From Pseudomonas sp. Ga0074129 (GTDB lineage: Bacteria > Pseudomonadota > Gammaproteobacteria > Pseudomonadales > Pseudomonadaceae): 64,000 bases of DNA. Shown here piece by piece: positions 8,877-19,725 of this stretch. Under the pieces are notes generated by a model. That model ran no database searches. It was not told the DNA's origin and saw only the letters and a list, made by a program, of their open reading frames with translations. The translations under genes were made by a program, and so were the position numbers. Each line of letters opens with the position of its first letter. The stretch's first letter is position 1. The stretch lies in the NCBI RefSeq assembly GCF_001465025.1, contig NZ_LNDO01000085.1, forward strand, positions 1,491 to 65,490, in the 5' to 3' direction.

Positions 8877-9227
8877 TTAGCCCAGTTTTTCCTTGATGCG
8901 AGCTGCCTTACCAGACAGGTCACGCAGGTAGTACAGCTTGGCTTTACGCACGTCACCGCGACGCTTAACAGCCAGGCTGTCAACCAGCGGGCTGTAGGTC
9001 TGGAAAGTACGCTCAACGCCAACACCGTTGGAGATCTTACGAACAGTGAAAGCACTGTTCAGACCACGGTTACGTTTGGCGATTACAACGCCTTCGAATG
9101 CCTGCAGACGCTGGCGGTCGCCTTCTTTCACTTTAACCTGGACAACAACAGTGTCACCTGGCGCGAAAGTCGGGATTTCTTTGCCCATCTGCTCAGCTTC
9201 AAGCTGCTGAATAATCTTGTTGGTCAT
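8877..9227 (-). CDS. rplS: 50S ribosomal protein L19
   Basis: [14 protein letters not shown]...; last gene of the conserved rpsP-rimM-trmD-rplS operon. Confidence 0.97.
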   Translation of the reverse strand: MTNKIIQQLEAEQMGKEIPTFAPGDTVVVQVKVKEGDRQRLQAFEGVVIAKRNRGLNSAFTVRKISNGVGVERTFQTYSPLVDSLAVKRRGDVRKAKLYYLRDLSGKAARIKEKLG

Positions 9228-9267
9228 GCTGCGCTCCTAAGACAGGCCTTAGCCGGTCATCGATACA

Positions 9268-10020
9268 TTAACTATCGTCCCGCTGGCGGACGTATTCCTC
9301 CAGCAGCTTTTTCTCTTCTCCAGAAAGCGAGCGGCTTTCCAGAAGATCGGCACGTCGTTCGTAGGTCCGCGCAAGGGACTGCTGCAAACGCCAGCGCCGG
9401 ATGTGTTCGTGGTTGCCACTTAGCAACACGTCGGGAACACGTTTATCCGCATACACCTCCGGACGGGTGTAGTGCGGGCAGTCGAGTAAACCATCCGTAA
9501 AGGAGTCTTCCTCGGCCGAATCTGCATGACCCAATGCACCAGGCAATAGGCGCGTTACCGCGTCGATCAGCACCATGGCCGGCAGCTCACCGCCAGACAG
9601 GACGTAATCCCCAATCGACCATTCTTCATCGACATGCGCCTCAATAAAGCGCTCATCAATGCCTTCGTAGCGACCGGCGATGAGGATTAAAGCCTCAACA
9701 TTTACCAGTTCGCGTACTGCTGACTGAGTCAGCTGGCGACCCTGCGGCGAGAGGTAAATCACCTTCGCTTTTTCACCTGCGGCGTGCTTGGCATCGAGCA
9801 AAGCGTCCTCAAGTGGCTTGATCTTCATCACCATGCCGGGGCCACCACCAAAAGGCCGATCGTCCACAGTGTGGTGGCGGTCAGTGGTGTAGCTTCGCGG
9901 ATTCCAACAGGTCAGTTGCAACAAGCCCTGTTTCACCGCGCGACTGGTAATGCCGTATTCGCTGATGGCGGTAAACATTTCCGGGAACAGCGTAATAACT
10001 TCAACACGCAGATTTGACAT
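9268..10020 (-). CDS. trmD: tRNA (guanine37-N1)-methyltransferase
   Basis: 250 aa starting [16 protein letters not shown]..., with the SPOUT/TrmD fold. Operon context. Confidence 0.95.
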   Translation of the reverse strand: MSNLRVEVITLFPEMFTAISEYGITSRAVKQGLLQLTCWNPRSYTTDRHHTVDDRPFGGGPGMVMKIKPLEDALLDAKHAAGEKAKVIYLSPQGRQLTQSAVRELVNVEALILIAGRYEGIDERFIEAHVDEEWSIGDYVLSGGELPAMVLIDAVTRLLPGALGHADSAEEDSFTDGLLDCPHYTRPEVYADKRVPDVLLSGNHEHIRRWRLQQSLARTYERRADLLESRSLSGEEKKLLEEYVRQRDDS

Positions 10021-10025
10021 CAGGC

Positions 10026-10562
10026 TTAGAAGTCCGCATCCCAGTCAACCCGCATTTCGCCAGCACTCAGGTCAATCGACAGCACGCATTGCTCTGTATA
10101 GGGCAACAAGCGCTCACGACCATCCAGGCTGTCGGTGCAAGGTTTAACCACCATCACATCGTTGGCACCGGTTTCTAACAAGTGATCAATCTTGCCGAGC
10201 AATTGCCCTGCCTGATCAATAACTTTGAGACCTTCTAACTGGTACCAGTAGTACTCACCGGCTGTTAATTCAGGGAACAGGTTACGCGGCACACAGATCT
10301 CATAACCAGAAAGAAGTCGCGCTTCTTCACGATCATCAAGACCCCTGAGCTTCGCGACCAGGAATTTATCACTCCCGCGTCCGCTGACCAGCTCGACCTG
10401 TTTGACACTGCCCTCACGCCTAAGCGTCCAGGACTTGTACTCCAACAGGTTTGCAACAGGATCAGTAAAGGAATAAACCTTCACCTCACCGCGAACGCCA
10501 TGTACGGAATAGATCTTGCCGACAACGATCAAATCATCGGTAGAAGCAGGCGTCGCGTTCAT
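10026..10562 (-). CDS. rimM: 16S rRNA processing protein RimM
   Basis: 178 aa with [18 protein letters not shown] (RimM N-terminal barrel). Lies between rpsP and trmD. Confidence 0.93.
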   Translation of the reverse strand: MNATPASTDDLIVVGKIYSVHGVRGEVKVYSFTDPVANLLEYKSWTLRREGSVKQVELVSGRGSDKFLVAKLRGLDDREEARLLSGYEICVPRNLFPELTAGEYYWYQLEGLKVIDQAGQLLGKIDHLLETGANDVMVVKPCTDSLDGRERLLPYTEQCVLSIDLSAGEMRVDWDADF

Positions 10563-10567
10563 ACTGA

Positions 10568-10819
10568 TCAGGCCGCAGCCTTAGCAGCGTCCTTCAACAG
10601 CTGGGCAACACGATCAGACGGCTGCGCGCCGACGCTCAGCCAATGGGCCAGGCGATCTTGCTTCACAGACAGACGAACTTCCTGACCACGAGCAATCGGG
10701 TTGAAGAAACCGATCTCTTCTTTGTGCGAACCGTCGCGTGGGTTACGGCTGTCGGTCACGTTGATTTTGTAGAACGGGCGCTTTTTGGAGCCGCCAAGGG
10801 CAAGACGAATCGTTAGCAT
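10568..10819 (-). CDS. rpsP: 30S ribosomal protein S16
   Basis: [30 protein letters not shown]... is the canonical S16 sequence. Confidence 0.97.
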   Translation of the reverse strand: MLTIRLALGGSKKRPFYKINVTDSRNPRDGSHKEEIGFFNPIARGQEVRLSVKQDRLAHWLSVGAQPSDRVAQLLKDAAKAAA

Positions 10820-11070
10820 GTGAACATAGTTCCTGTAGTCGGTGCTGCAAATCTAAATGCACGGCGGGCATGGGTGCCCGAAAGGCCGCATATTCTAAGG
10901 AATATCCGGATTTTTGCAAATGGCTTTTTCAGGCGCATAGGGCTGTGCGGTCAAGATTTGCCAAAGGCCGCCTTGTAAAGCGACCAATCAGCTCCCGCAA
11001 AAGGCGGGCTTACTGAACATCCCCGCTTTTGCGCGGGGCCTGCGCCGACATCGTTGCCGGCGCAAAATCC

Positions 11071-12444
11071 TTACATTTTAGGCAAGCCGCCCGGCATCAT
11101 TCCGCCCATGCCACGCATCATCTTGGCCATACCGCCCTTGGAGGTGAATTTCTTCATCATCTTCTGCATCTGCTTGTGCTGCTTGATCAAGCGACCAATA
11201 TCCTGCACTTGAGTACCGGAGCCCATGGCAATGCGGCGCTTGCGCGAGCCACTGATCACGTCTGGATCGCGGCGTTCCTGAGGCGTCATCGAGTTGATGA
11301 TCGCTTCCATCTGCTTGAACTGCTTCTCGGCCGCGCCCTGGGCATTGCCCATTTGCGCTAGATTGACACCACCCATCTGCGGCAGTTTATCCATCAGGCC
11401 GCCAAGGCCGCCCATGTTCTTCATCTGCTGCAGCTGATCGCGGAAGTCTTCGAGATCGAAGCCCTTGCCCTTCTTCAGCTTCTTGGTGAGCTTCTCGGCC
11501 TTCTCGCGATCCAGGGTCTGCTCGGCCTGCTCGATCAGACTGAGTACGTCGCCCATACCGAGAATGCGCGAAGCAATCCGATCAGGGTGGAACGGCTCCA
11601 GCGCCTCAGTCTTTTCACCCATACCGATAAACTTGATGGGCTTACCGGTAATTTGACGCACGGACAACGCCGCACCACCACGGGCATCACCGTCGACCTT
11701 GGTCAACACAACACCCGTCAGCGGCAACGCATCATTAAAGGCTTTGGCGGTATTGGCGGCGTCCTGACCGGTCATGGCGTCAACCACAAACAGGGTTTCC
11801 ACCGGCTTGATCGCCGCATGCAGCGCCTGAATCTCCGCCATCATTTCGGCATCGATGGCCAAACGACCGGCGGTATCGACAATCACGACATCAATAAACT
11901 TGAGTTTGGCTTCCTTTATAGCCGCTTCGGCAATGGCCACCGGCTTCTGACTGATATCAGAGGGGAAGAACACCACGCCAATGTCATTGGCCAGGGTTTC
12001 CAGCTGTTTAATTGCAGCCGGACGGTAAACGTCAGCCGAGACCACCATCACGGTCTTCTTCTTGCGTTCTTTAAGGAAGCGCGCCAGCTTGCCTACCGTC
12101 GTGGTCTTACCCGCACCTTGTAAGCCCGCCATCAGCACCACGGCTGGCGGCACTGCATTCAGCGCCAAGTCTTCGTTGGCCGCCCCCATCAGGTCTTCGA
12201 GTTCGGCACGCACGATCTTCACGAAGGCCTGACCCGGCGTCAGGCTTTTCGAGACTTCGGTACCGACCGCGCGATCCTTGACCTTATTTACGAAGTCCTT
12301 GACCACCGGCAAAGCAACGTCAGCCTCCAGCAAGGCCATGCGCACTTCGCGCAAGGTGTCCTTGATATTGTCTTCGCTTAACTTGGCTTTACCAGTGACG
12401 TTACGCAGGGTCTGCGAAAGGCGATCTGTCAGATTTTCGAACAT
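11071..12444 (-). CDS. ffh: Signal recognition particle protein Ffh
   Basis: Trimmed to ATG 12444 (MFENLTDRLSQTL). GTPase motifs GLQGAGKTTT, DTAGR and TKVDGDARGG, plus a Met-rich C-terminal M domain. Confidence 0.96.
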   Translation of the reverse strand: MFENLTDRLSQTLRNVTGKAKLSEDNIKDTLREVRMALLEADVALPVVKDFVNKVKDRAVGTEVSKSLTPGQAFVKIVRAELEDLMGAANEDLALNAVPPAVVLMAGLQGAGKTTTVGKLARFLKERKKKTVMVVSADVYRPAAIKQLETLANDIGVVFFPSDISQKPVAIAEAAIKEAKLKFIDVVIVDTAGRLAIDAEMMAEIQALHAAIKPVETLFVVDAMTGQDAANTAKAFNDALPLTGVVLTKVDGDARGGAALSVRQITGKPIKFIGMGEKTEALEPFHPDRIASRILGMGDVLSLIEQAEQTLDREKAEKLTKKLKKGKGFDLEDFRDQLQQMKNMGGLGGLMDKLPQMGGVNLAQMGNAQGAAEKQFKQMEAIINSMTPQERRDPDVISGSRKRRIAMGSGTQVQDIGRLIKQHKQMQKMMKKFTSKGGMAKMMRGMGGMMPGGLPKM

Positions 12445-12600
12445 GCACGTTCCTTTCAGGCTCATACGAGCCGAGGGTGGGCTTGCAACAAGTCGCCGAT
12501 TATAGCGAAGACCGCCAGGCTCCGACACCGCCAGACGCTTTCGTGGCAAACGCTTTCTATGCCACACTGCGCGTCTTTCGGGTTTGCCTGACAAGGATTT

Positions 12601-13401
12601 ATGCAGCCTCTGCTACCCACCCTCATCGCCGCCTGCCTGTATGCAGCAGCCGCTTCTTACCAAGGCCTTCGCCTGCGTCAACGGAGCGCGCTGAACAAGC
12701 GCCTTCTGATTGCGCTGGGTGTCTTTGCCCTGCTATTCCACGCCTGCAGTTTGTTTATGCAGATGTATAACCCGGCCGGCCTATCGCTGGACTTTTTCAA
12801 TGCAGCGAGCCTGATTGCGGCCTCGGTGATTTTGCTGACGCTGCTCGCCTGCGCACGCATCCCGGTTGAAAACCTGCTGATCTTGCTCTTCCCGCTAGGC
12901 TTCCTGACTGTTTTGCTTGCGCAGTTTATGCCCAGCGGCACGACGCGACCGATCAATGAAGCGCCCGGCATTCTGGCGCACATTCTGCTGTCGATTACCG
13001 CCTACGGCATGCTAACCATCGCCGTATTTCAGTCGCTGTTGTTGTTGCTGCAAGACCATCAACTCAAGCACAAGCACCCAACAGGCCTGATACGCAACTT
13101 CCCGCCACTGCAAACCATGGAAAGCCTACTATTTGGTTTTCTCTGGGCCGGCTGGGCGCTGCTGTCACTTTCGCTGTTATCAGGCGCGCTGTTTATCAAT
13201 GATTTGTTTGCTCAACACCTGGCACACAAGACCTTCTTGTCGTTTTTTGCCTGGGTCGTTTTTGCTGTTCTATTGTGGGGACGGCATCAACTTGGTTGGC
13301 GCGGCCACAAAGCCATTCGCTGGACCTTGGCGGGCTTCTGCCTGCTGATGCTGGCCTACTTCGGCAGCAAGCTAGTTCGCGAATTCATCCTGCACATCTA
13401 A
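12601..13401 (+). CDS. ypjD: Cytochrome c assembly (CcsA)-like inner membrane protein, YpjD-like
   Basis: Polytopic membrane protein of 266 aa, divergent from ffh and followed by a yfjD/corB-type gene. This is the same arrangement as ffh-ypjD-yfjD in E. coli. Confidence 0.7.
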   Translation: MQPLLPTLIAACLYAAAASYQGLRLRQRSALNKRLLIALGVFALLFHACSLFMQMYNPAGLSLDFFNAASLIAASVILLTLLACARIPVENLLILLFPLGFLTVLLAQFMPSGTTRPINEAPGILAHILLSITAYGMLTIAVFQSLLLLLQDHQLKHKHPTGLIRNFPPLQTMESLLFGFLWAGWALLSLSLLSGALFINDLFAQHLAHKTFLSFFAWVVFAVLLWGRHQLGWRGHKAIRWTLAGFCLLMLAYFGSKLVREFILHI

Positions 13402-13417
13402 CGCCCAAGGCGATTGC

Positions 13418-14709
13418 GTGAACAACATACACCCCGGCTTTCTCTTCGGCTTGCTGATTTTTCTGCTGCTTTGCTCCGCCTTCTTTTCAAGTTCAGAGAC
13501 AGGCATTCTCAGCCTTAATCGATACCGCCTGAAGCACATGGCCAAAGAAGGGCACCGTGGCGCCAAGCGTGTGACCGCATTGCTGAGCCGCCCAGACAGG
13601 CTGCTGGGCACGATTTTGATCGGCAACAACTTCGTCAACATCCTCGCTTCATCTATCGCCACAGTCTTGGCACTCCAGCTGTGGGGAGAGGCCGGTATTG
13701 CCATTGCAACAATCGGGCTGACTCTTGTGTTGCTGATCGTGGGCGAAATTACGCCTAAAACACTCGCAGCGCTCCACCCGGAACGCGTGGCTTATCCTGT
13801 CAGCCTTCCGCTCCAATTTCTGCTCAAACTGTTTTATCCGCTGGTTGTCCTGCTTGGCTGGATCAGCAATGGCCTGCTCAGACTTTTCGGCGTTGACCCG
13901 ACGAGTAAACGCAATGACAGCCTGACCACCGAAGAACTGCGCAGCGTCGTGCGTGAATCCGGCCACGAATTGCCGAAAAACCGTCAGAACATGCTGCTCG
14001 GCATCCTTGACCTTGAGCGCGTGACGGTCGACGACATCATGATCCCGCGCAATGAGGTCACGGGCATCAACCTGGAAGATGACATCGAAACCATCATCAA
14101 CCAGCTCACCCACACCACGCACACTCGCCTGCCGGTCTTTCGCACCGATATCAATCAGATCGAAGGCATCGTGCACATGCGCCAGATTGCTCGATTGCTC
14201 GATTGCTGACGCAGAACGAGCTGAGCAAAGAAGTGATACTGGCGGCCTGCAGCGAACCGTACTTTGTGCCTGAAGGCACGCCCCTGTCGACGCAACTGCT
14301 GAATTTCCAAAAGCAGAAACGCCGCATTGGTATCGTGGTTGATGAGTACGGCGATGTGATCGGCATCGTAACGCTGGAAGACATTCTCGAAGAAATCGTC
14401 GGTGACTTCAGCAACCAGAACCTGATGCACAACACCGACATTCAACCGCAGGCCGATGGATCACACATCATTGATGGCGCGGCGTACATCCGCGAGATCA
14501 ACAAAGCACTGGACTGGCACCTGCCAAGCGATGGCCCTAAAACCGTTAACGGCCTGATCACCGAAGCCCTGGAAAGCATCCCTGACAGCGCCGTGTGCCT
14601 GCAATTCGGCCCCTACCGCCTGGAAATCCTCCAGGCCTCAGAAAATCGGGTCAAGAGCGTACGCATCTGGCTGACTGACGCTACGACTCAGGGCTCACCA
14701 GAGGCATAA
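13418..14709 (+). pseudogene. yfjD: CNNM/CorB (YfjD)-type Mg/Co transporter gene (DUF21-CBS pair-CorC_HlyC) split by a frameshift
   Basis: ORFs 13418..14209 (DUF21 TM domain plus first CBS) and 14203..14709 (second CBS plus CorC_HlyC, VVDEYGDVIGIVTLEDILEEIVGDF) are two halves of one conserved ~430-aa protein. 'attgctcg' is tandemly duplicated at 14186-14193 and 14194-14201. Deleting one copy reads ...MRQIARLLTQNELSKE... in one frame. Confidence 0.75.
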
Positions 14710-15421
14710 GACTGAGCGCCAATCCTTCGGCCCACACCCGGTAACCCAGTGCGGACGGGTGGTAGCCGTCACGGGCCAAATAGTCGGCCGAAAACTCCAA
14801 TGTCACGGCATGGCGCTCCGCGCCGACCTGCTGCACCAACTGACGCAATCGCCGATCCAATAAAGCCGCCCGCATTCCCAGCAACTGCCGCAACAACCAG
14901 GGCAGGGCCGCAAAGTGCTGCAGCGGCGGCACTGCGCTGAACACCACCCGCGCACCTTTTGCTTTGAACGCCCGCGCCATGGCGACGAGCGCTGCCTGCC
15001 AACGCGCCAGTGACGTCAGATGCGTGGTGTCATTCACCCCGAACACCAACACGACCAGGTCGAACGGCTGCTCAAGCACGCTTGGTAGAAGCCGGTCTTT
15101 GGCCTGCGTCGCGGTGATGCCGTTTTCGCCACAGGCCAGCCACACAACCGGACGTTTCAAGTGGGCGGTCAGCGCCTCAGCCAACTGCGCAGCCAACGCC
15201 AGCTGCAGTTGATCCACGCCCACACCGACAACCGGCGACTCACCGAGCACCAGCAGGCGCAACGGTTGCCCGGACAAAGACTCACCAGCAACGCCGCGCG
15301 GCTCACCCGCTGCCGGGGCTAAACGCAAGGCGTTACGCCGGGTGTGAAGCGCGAGCGGCAAGGCAATCGGCGATAAAACCGCCAACCCTAACCACCATGC
15401 GCAAGACCGCCAAGCACTCAC
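14681..15421 (-). CDS. SGNH/GDSL-family hydrolase
   Basis: Blocks [10 protein letters not shown] (Ser block I), FGVNDT (block III) and DGYHPS (block V). GTG start overlaps the purT stop (GTGA). The 3' end overlaps the yfjD 3' end. Confidence 0.75.
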   Translation of the reverse strand: MSAWRSCAWWLGLAVLSPIALPLALHTRRNALRLAPAAGEPRGVAGESLSGQPLRLLVLGESPVVGVGVDQLQLALAAQLAEALTAHLKRPVVWLACGENGITATQAKDRLLPSVLEQPFDLVVLVFGVNDTTHLTSLARWQAALVAMARAFKAKGARVVFSAVPPLQHFAALPWLLRQLLGMRAALLDRRLRQLVQQVGAERHAVTLEFSADYLARDGYHPSALGYRVWAEGLALSLMPLVSPES

Positions 15422-16599
15422 AGCTCGACGTTGACCGCCTGCGCGGCACGACTGGCCTTGGCCCGCGCCGCCGACAATGACTCGTCGCGCGCCAACGCTA
15501 CACCCATGCGGCGCTGACCACTGACCTCGGGCTTACCAAACAAGCGCAGCGCAGTATCTGGCTCCGCCAGCACAGCCGCCAAGTTACCGAAGCTGACCTG
15601 CTGCGACTCGCCCTCCACCAACACCACAGCAGAAGCCGACGGGCCCAATTGGCGGATGGCCGGAATCGGCAAACCGAGAATGGCGCGCGCGTGCAGGGCG
15701 AATTCAGACAAGTCCTGAGAAATCAGCGTTACCAGACCGGTGTCATGCGGGCGCGGCGATATTTCGCAGAACCACACCTGATCACCTTTAACGAAAAGTT
15801 CCACACCAAACAGCCCGCGACCGCCCAGCGAGCCCGTCACTGCCAAGGCGATGCGCTCGGCTTCAGCCTGAGCCTTGGCGCTCATTGGCTGCGGCTGCCA
15901 GGACTCCTGATAATCACCCTTAACCTGGCGGTGACCTACAGGCGCACAGAAGGTGGTGCCGCCACTGTGGCGCACGGTCAGCAGCGCGATTTCATAGTCA
16001 AAATCGATAAAGCCTTCGACGATGACGCGCCCTTTACCCGCACGGCCGCCGGCCTGGGCGTAATCCCAGGCAGCTTGCAGATCATCCAGGCTTTTCAGCA
16101 CGGACTGGCCTTTGCCGGACGAACTCATGATGGGCTTGATCAGGCAGGGGAAACCGATCGTTTCAACCGCAGCACGACACTCATCAAAGGAGTCGGCAAA
16201 CTGATAAGGCGAGGTCGGCAGACCCAGCTCTTCAGCGGCCAGACGACGAATACCTTCGCGGTTCATGGTCAATTGAGCCGCGCGAGCGCTGGGGATGACG
16301 GTAAAGCCTTCATTCTCTAGCTCGACCAGCGTGGCCGTGGCGATAGCTTCGATTTCCGGCACGATGTAATGCGGCTGTTCCAGTTCGATCACCGCGCGCA
16401 GTGCGTCGCCATCGAGCATGTTGATCACGTGACTGCGGTGCGCCACCTGCATGGCTGGCGCATTGGCGTAGCGATCCACGGCTATCACTTCCACACCAAG
16501 GCGCTGCAGTTCGATCACCACCTCCTTGCCCAGTTCACCTGAGCCGCACAGCAGCACACGGGTCGCACTCGGCGACAAAGGGGTTCCGATACGCGGCAT
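15418..16599 (-). CDS. purT: Formate-dependent phosphoribosylglycinamide formyltransferase
   Basis: 393 aa, ATP-grasp fold, N-terminus [27 protein letters not shown] typical of PurT. Confidence 0.93.
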   Translation of the reverse strand: MPRIGTPLSPSATRVLLCGSGELGKEVVIELQRLGVEVIAVDRYANAPAMQVAHRSHVINMLDGDALRAVIELEQPHYIVPEIEAIATATLVELENEGFTVIPSARAAQLTMNREGIRRLAAEELGLPTSPYQFADSFDECRAAVETIGFPCLIKPIMSSSGKGQSVLKSLDDLQAAWDYAQAGGRAGKGRVIVEGFIDFDYEIALLTVRHSGGTTFCAPVGHRQVKGDYQESWQPQPMSAKAQAEAERIALAVTGSLGGRGLFGVELFVKGDQVWFCEISPRPHDTGLVTLISQDLSEFALHARAILGLPIPAIRQLGPSASAVVLVEGESQQVSFGNLAAVLAEPDTALRLFGKPEVSGQRRMGVALARDESLSAARAKASRAAQAVNVEL

Positions 16600-16625
16600 G
16601 GATAATCCTCAGAAGGGTTAAAAAG

Positions 16626-16814
16626 TTAGAGCAGAATGCCCTTGGCTTGAGCTCGTTCGTGGCACAACACCAGCACCGTGCGGCGTTCGTTGTTGTCCAT
16701 CAGGCCCCAGCGGGTTATCTCGGCGACCGTGCGCTGGCAGCCAATACAGATATCTTCATCATCGAGTGCGCAGACATGCACGCAGGGTGATGCAACAGGA
16801 CGTTCGCTACTCAT
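16626..16814 (-). CDS. DUF1289 (YdhL-like) small Cys-rich protein
   Basis: 62 aa with CVHVCALDDEDICIGCQRT. The start ATG shares one base with the upstream stop (TAATG). Confidence 0.7.
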   Translation of the reverse strand: MSSERPVASPCVHVCALDDEDICIGCQRTVAEITRWGLMDNNERRTVLVLCHERAQAKGILL

Positions 16815-17338
16815 TAATCATTCTGCTCGGCTAGATCGCGGGCATAGCGCTGGGCGTTGTGTACGTAATGGGCGGCGCTGGCTTCGAGCATTTTCTTTTG
16901 CACGTCGGTCAGTTCGCGCACCACTTTGCCGGGCGAACCCATCACCAGCGAACCATCGGGAATTTCCTTACCTTCGCCAATCAAACTGTTGGCACCGATG
17001 ATGCAATTTTTGCCGATCTTCGCACCGTTGAGAATCACCGCATTAATGCCGATCAAGCTGTAATCACCCACCGTACAGCCATGCAACATGGCGTTATGGC
17101 CGATGGTCACGCCCTTGCCGATATTCAGCGGGAAACCCATGTCGGTGTGCATCACCGTGCCGTCTTGTACGTTGCTGTTCTCACCAATATGAATCAGCTC
17201 GTTATCGCCACGCAGCACAGCGTTGAACCACACACTCGCCCCCGACTCCAGTTTCACTTTGCCCACCAGCGTGGCATTTGGGGCAACCCAGCTTTGTGCA
17301 TGGGCTTCGACGCTGGACGAACCCAGACGGTATTTCAT
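16814..17338 (-). CDS. Gamma-class carbonic anhydrase-like / hexapeptide-repeat protein (YrdA/PaaY/CaiE family)
   Basis: 174 aa with left-handed beta-helix repeats ([40 protein letters not shown]). Confidence 0.85.
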   Translation of the reverse strand: MKYRLGSSSVEAHAQSWVAPNATLVGKVKLESGASVWFNAVLRGDNELIHIGENSNVQDGTVMHTDMGFPLNIGKGVTIGHNAMLHGCTVGDYSLIGINAVILNGAKIGKNCIIGANSLIGEGKEIPDGSLVMGSPGKVVRELTDVQKKMLEASAAHYVHNAQRYARDLAEQND

Positions 17339-17356
17339 GGATGCTGCCTCACAGGC

Positions 17357-17962
17357 TCAGGAGAGTTTGATGAAGTGTTCGGGCGGCAGGCTCATGTCGA
17401 TGTGCACATCGTCGAACACTAGGTTGACCAATTCAACCAGCATGATCGCCGTCAGCCCCCAAATTTTATATTCGCCGTAGCGGTAACTCGGCACGTACCA
17501 ACTGCGCCCCAGGTAATCGATGCGGTGCGTGGTCTCACGCAGATCATCACGAAAGAACGCCAGCGGCACAGCAAACACAGCGGCAATTTCGCCGTCGTTG
17601 GGCTTGTACTCGACAAAGTCCGGAACCACACCGACATAAGGCGTAACCGAAATACCGTGCCGGGAGACCAGCGTAGTCAGCGGCCCGATCACCTCAACCA
17701 GCCCTGGCGGCAGGCCAATTTCTTCTTCGGCTTCGCGCAGGGCTGTGGCCACCAGATCGACATCTTCCGGATCACGCCGACCACCCGGAAACGCCACCTC
17801 ACCACTGTGCGTCGACAAGCCGCTAGCACGCAGAGTCAAGACCACCTCTGGCTCGTCGGTGCGAGTGATCGGCACCAGCACCGCCGCTTGCGGATAGTGC
17901 TCATCGATCATCAACGGTTGCGGGCTGTAGCCGCGCATGCGAAGGAGTAACTCGTCCAGCAT
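17357..17962 (-). CDS. nudL: CoA pyrophosphatase (Nudix hydrolase)
   Basis: Trimmed to ATG 17962 (MLDELLLRMRG). The CoA-specific motif LTLRASGLSTHSGEVAFPGG is followed by the Nudix box REAEEEIGL. Confidence 0.8.
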   Translation of the reverse strand: MLDELLLRMRGYSPQPLMIDEHYPQAAVLVPITRTDEPEVVLTLRASGLSTHSGEVAFPGGRRDPEDVDLVATALREAEEEIGLPPGLVEVIGPLTTLVSRHGISVTPYVGVVPDFVEYKPNDGEIAAVFAVPLAFFRDDLRETTHRIDYLGRSWYVPSYRYGEYKIWGLTAIMLVELVNLVFDDVHIDMSLPPEHFIKLS

Positions 17963-18133
17963 GGGGGATCTCGTTCTCTTGTTCTGCGCTTGATAATGGC
18001 ATGAAAGCAGCGCACGCCCCAAGCCCTGCACCCGCCACAGACCCTATTCAGGCGCTCGATAATCCACCTGCCAACAGGCTTGCCGAGCTGGCGTGGTAAC
18101 GCCAAGATAGCTGACACGCAGCGAGGTTCTGAC

Positions 18134-18691
18134 ATGAAGTTCTGTAGCACCTGTGGCGGCTCAATTCAGCACATCATCCCCCTGGGGGATAACCGCCTGC
18201 GGCATGTCTGCGCACAGTGCCAGACCGTGCATTATCAAAACCCAAGAATCATTGCCGGCTGCCTGCCCGTGTGGGGCGAGCAGGTACTGATGTGTCGTCG
18301 CGCCATTGAGCCGCGCCATGGTTTCTGGACTCTGCCAGCAGGCTTTATGGAAAACGGCGAAACCCTGGAACAAGCCGCCGCCCGCGAAACACATGAGGAA
18401 GCCTGCGCCCGTGTGCGCAGCCTGAGCCTCTATACCCTGTTTGATCTGCCGCACATCAATCAGGTGTACATGCTGTTTCGTGCCGAATTGGTCGATCTCG
18501 ACTTTGCCCCCGGTGAAGAAAGCCTTGATGTGCAGTTATTTCACGAACAGGACATACCTTGGTCAGAGCTGGCTTTCCCGACCATAGGCCGTACCCTAGA
18601 ATGCTACTTCGCCGATCGCCGCGAGCAGCATTTCCCGGTGCGCAACGAGCCAGTGGAAGCCTTGCTCGCCCATTACAAGAAAACCCTCTGA
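18134..18691 (+). CDS. Nudix hydrolase with N-terminal zinc ribbon
   Basis: Trimmed to ATG 18134 (RBS gaggt upstream). CSTCGG...CAQCQ zinc ribbon. Nudix box GFMENGETLEQAAARETHEEA. Confidence 0.8.
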   Translation: MKFCSTCGGSIQHIIPLGDNRLRHVCAQCQTVHYQNPRIIAGCLPVWGEQVLMCRRAIEPRHGFWTLPAGFMENGETLEQAAARETHEEACARVRSLSLYTLFDLPHINQVYMLFRAELVDLDFAPGEESLDVQLFHEQDIPWSELAFPTIGRTLECYFADRREQHFPVRNEPVEALLAHYKKTL

Positions 18692-18703
18692 TCCATAGGA
18701 ACT

Positions 18704-19210
18704 ATGATGCGCTGGTTGTTCGCCCTGCTTTGCCTGACTACCGCGCTCAGCGGCCATGCCAACACCACGCCCAGCCTGTACGGCAAAACCATCGACAAGG
18801 TGTTAGTGGTCAAATCCGAGCGCAAACTGCACCTGATCAGCCGAGGCGACACGCTCAAATCCTACCGCGTATCCCTGGGTAAACAGCCGGATGGTGCCAA
18901 ACAGCGCGAGGGCGACTTGCGCACACCAGAGGGCTTCTATTGGATTGACTGGCGCAAGACCAGTGACAAGTTCAACTTGTCCATGCACATCTCCTACCCC
19001 AACGCTCGCGACCAGGCCCAAGCACGCGCCAAAGGCGTGCCGGCTGGCGGCATGATCATGATTCACGGCACGCCGCTGGATGAAGAATACCCCGAGTGGT
19101 TCTTCCACACCCTGGACTGGACCGAAGGCTGCATCGCACTGAAGAACACCGACATGCGCGAGGTCTGGAGCCTGGTCAAAGACGGTACCCTGATCGAGAT
19201 AAGGCCCTAA
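18704..19210 (+). CDS. L,D-transpeptidase (YkuD) family protein
   Basis: Signal peptide MMRWLFALLCLTTALSGHA. Catalytic region MIMIHGT...WTEGCIAL (His/Cys of the YkuD fold). Confidence 0.8.
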   Translation: MMRWLFALLCLTTALSGHANTTPSLYGKTIDKVLVVKSERKLHLISRGDTLKSYRVSLGKQPDGAKQREGDLRTPEGFYWIDWRKTSDKFNLSMHISYPNARDQAQARAKGVPAGGMIMIHGTPLDEEYPEWFFHTLDWTEGCIALKNTDMREVWSLVKDGTLIEIRP

Positions 19211-19220
19211 CGCGGCACAC

Positions 19221-19247
19221 AAAAAAAGGCACCTCACGGTGCCTTTT
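19221..19247. terminator. Bidirectional rho-independent terminator
   Basis: aaaaaaaggcacc-tcac-ggtgcctttt between convergent genes. Confidence 0.8.
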
Positions 19248-19261
19248 GTATTTCCATCGAT

Positions 19262-19579
19262 TTAAAACTGCAAATCAGACAGCCGCCACACATCAAAGGC
19301 CGGGGTTTCATAAGGGTGATGTTTGCGCATGGCTTTGACAGCGTCGTGGATCAACTCGTCAGCGACCACCATTTCAACCTTCCACTCGGCCACCTGCTCA
19401 ATTTGGCCAGACTGACCAATAAACGGCTGACTGCCCTCCAACGGCCGGTATTGCCCCTGCCCCAATACTTGCCAACAGCAGTGATCATACTGGCCTACAC
19501 GTCCACCGCCGGCACTGAAAACGGCTGCTTTGACCGCGTCGACGTGTGTTTCAGGCACATAAAAGCAAAACTTATACAT
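19262..19579 (-). CDS. Small Nif3/YqfO C-terminal-domain-like protein, function unknown
   Basis: 105 aa, MYKFCFYVPETHVDAVKAAVFSAGGGRVGQYDHCCWQ... I recognise this as a conserved small Pseudomonas protein of the NIF3-associated fold. The assignment is from recall only. Confidence 0.5.
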   Translation of the reverse strand: MYKFCFYVPETHVDAVKAAVFSAGGGRVGQYDHCCWQVLGQGQYRPLEGSQPFIGQSGQIEQVAEWKVEMVVADELIHDAVKAMRKHHPYETPAFDVWRLSDLQF

Positions 19580-19725
19580 CGAAGTCTCCGCCGCAAAGAC
19601 TGACTAATAGGGCTGGGTGCAATGCTACACAATAATGGCACTTTGCCCCAAGACAGGTTCGCGCGCTTCATCACACTTGAGCGTTGAGACCTTAAACACC
19701 CTGACCGGTTCCCAAACGATTACGG

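Noticed and set aside
10991-11064. Three short GC hairpins downstream of ffh (cccgc..gcggg, ccccgc..gcgggg, tgcgccg..cggcgca), considered as a terminator cluster or repeat element.
   Set aside because: The stems are only 5-7 bp, no U-tract follows on the ffh strand, and the units are not clearly related to each other or to the REPs. Too weak to call.
13418-14709. Treating the two yfjD halves as two genuine separate genes.
   Set aside because: The junction is an exact 8-bp tandem duplication whose removal restores a contiguous conserved protein. The downstream half would need a TTG start with no RBS. It is therefore called a frameshifted gene or possible sequencing error.
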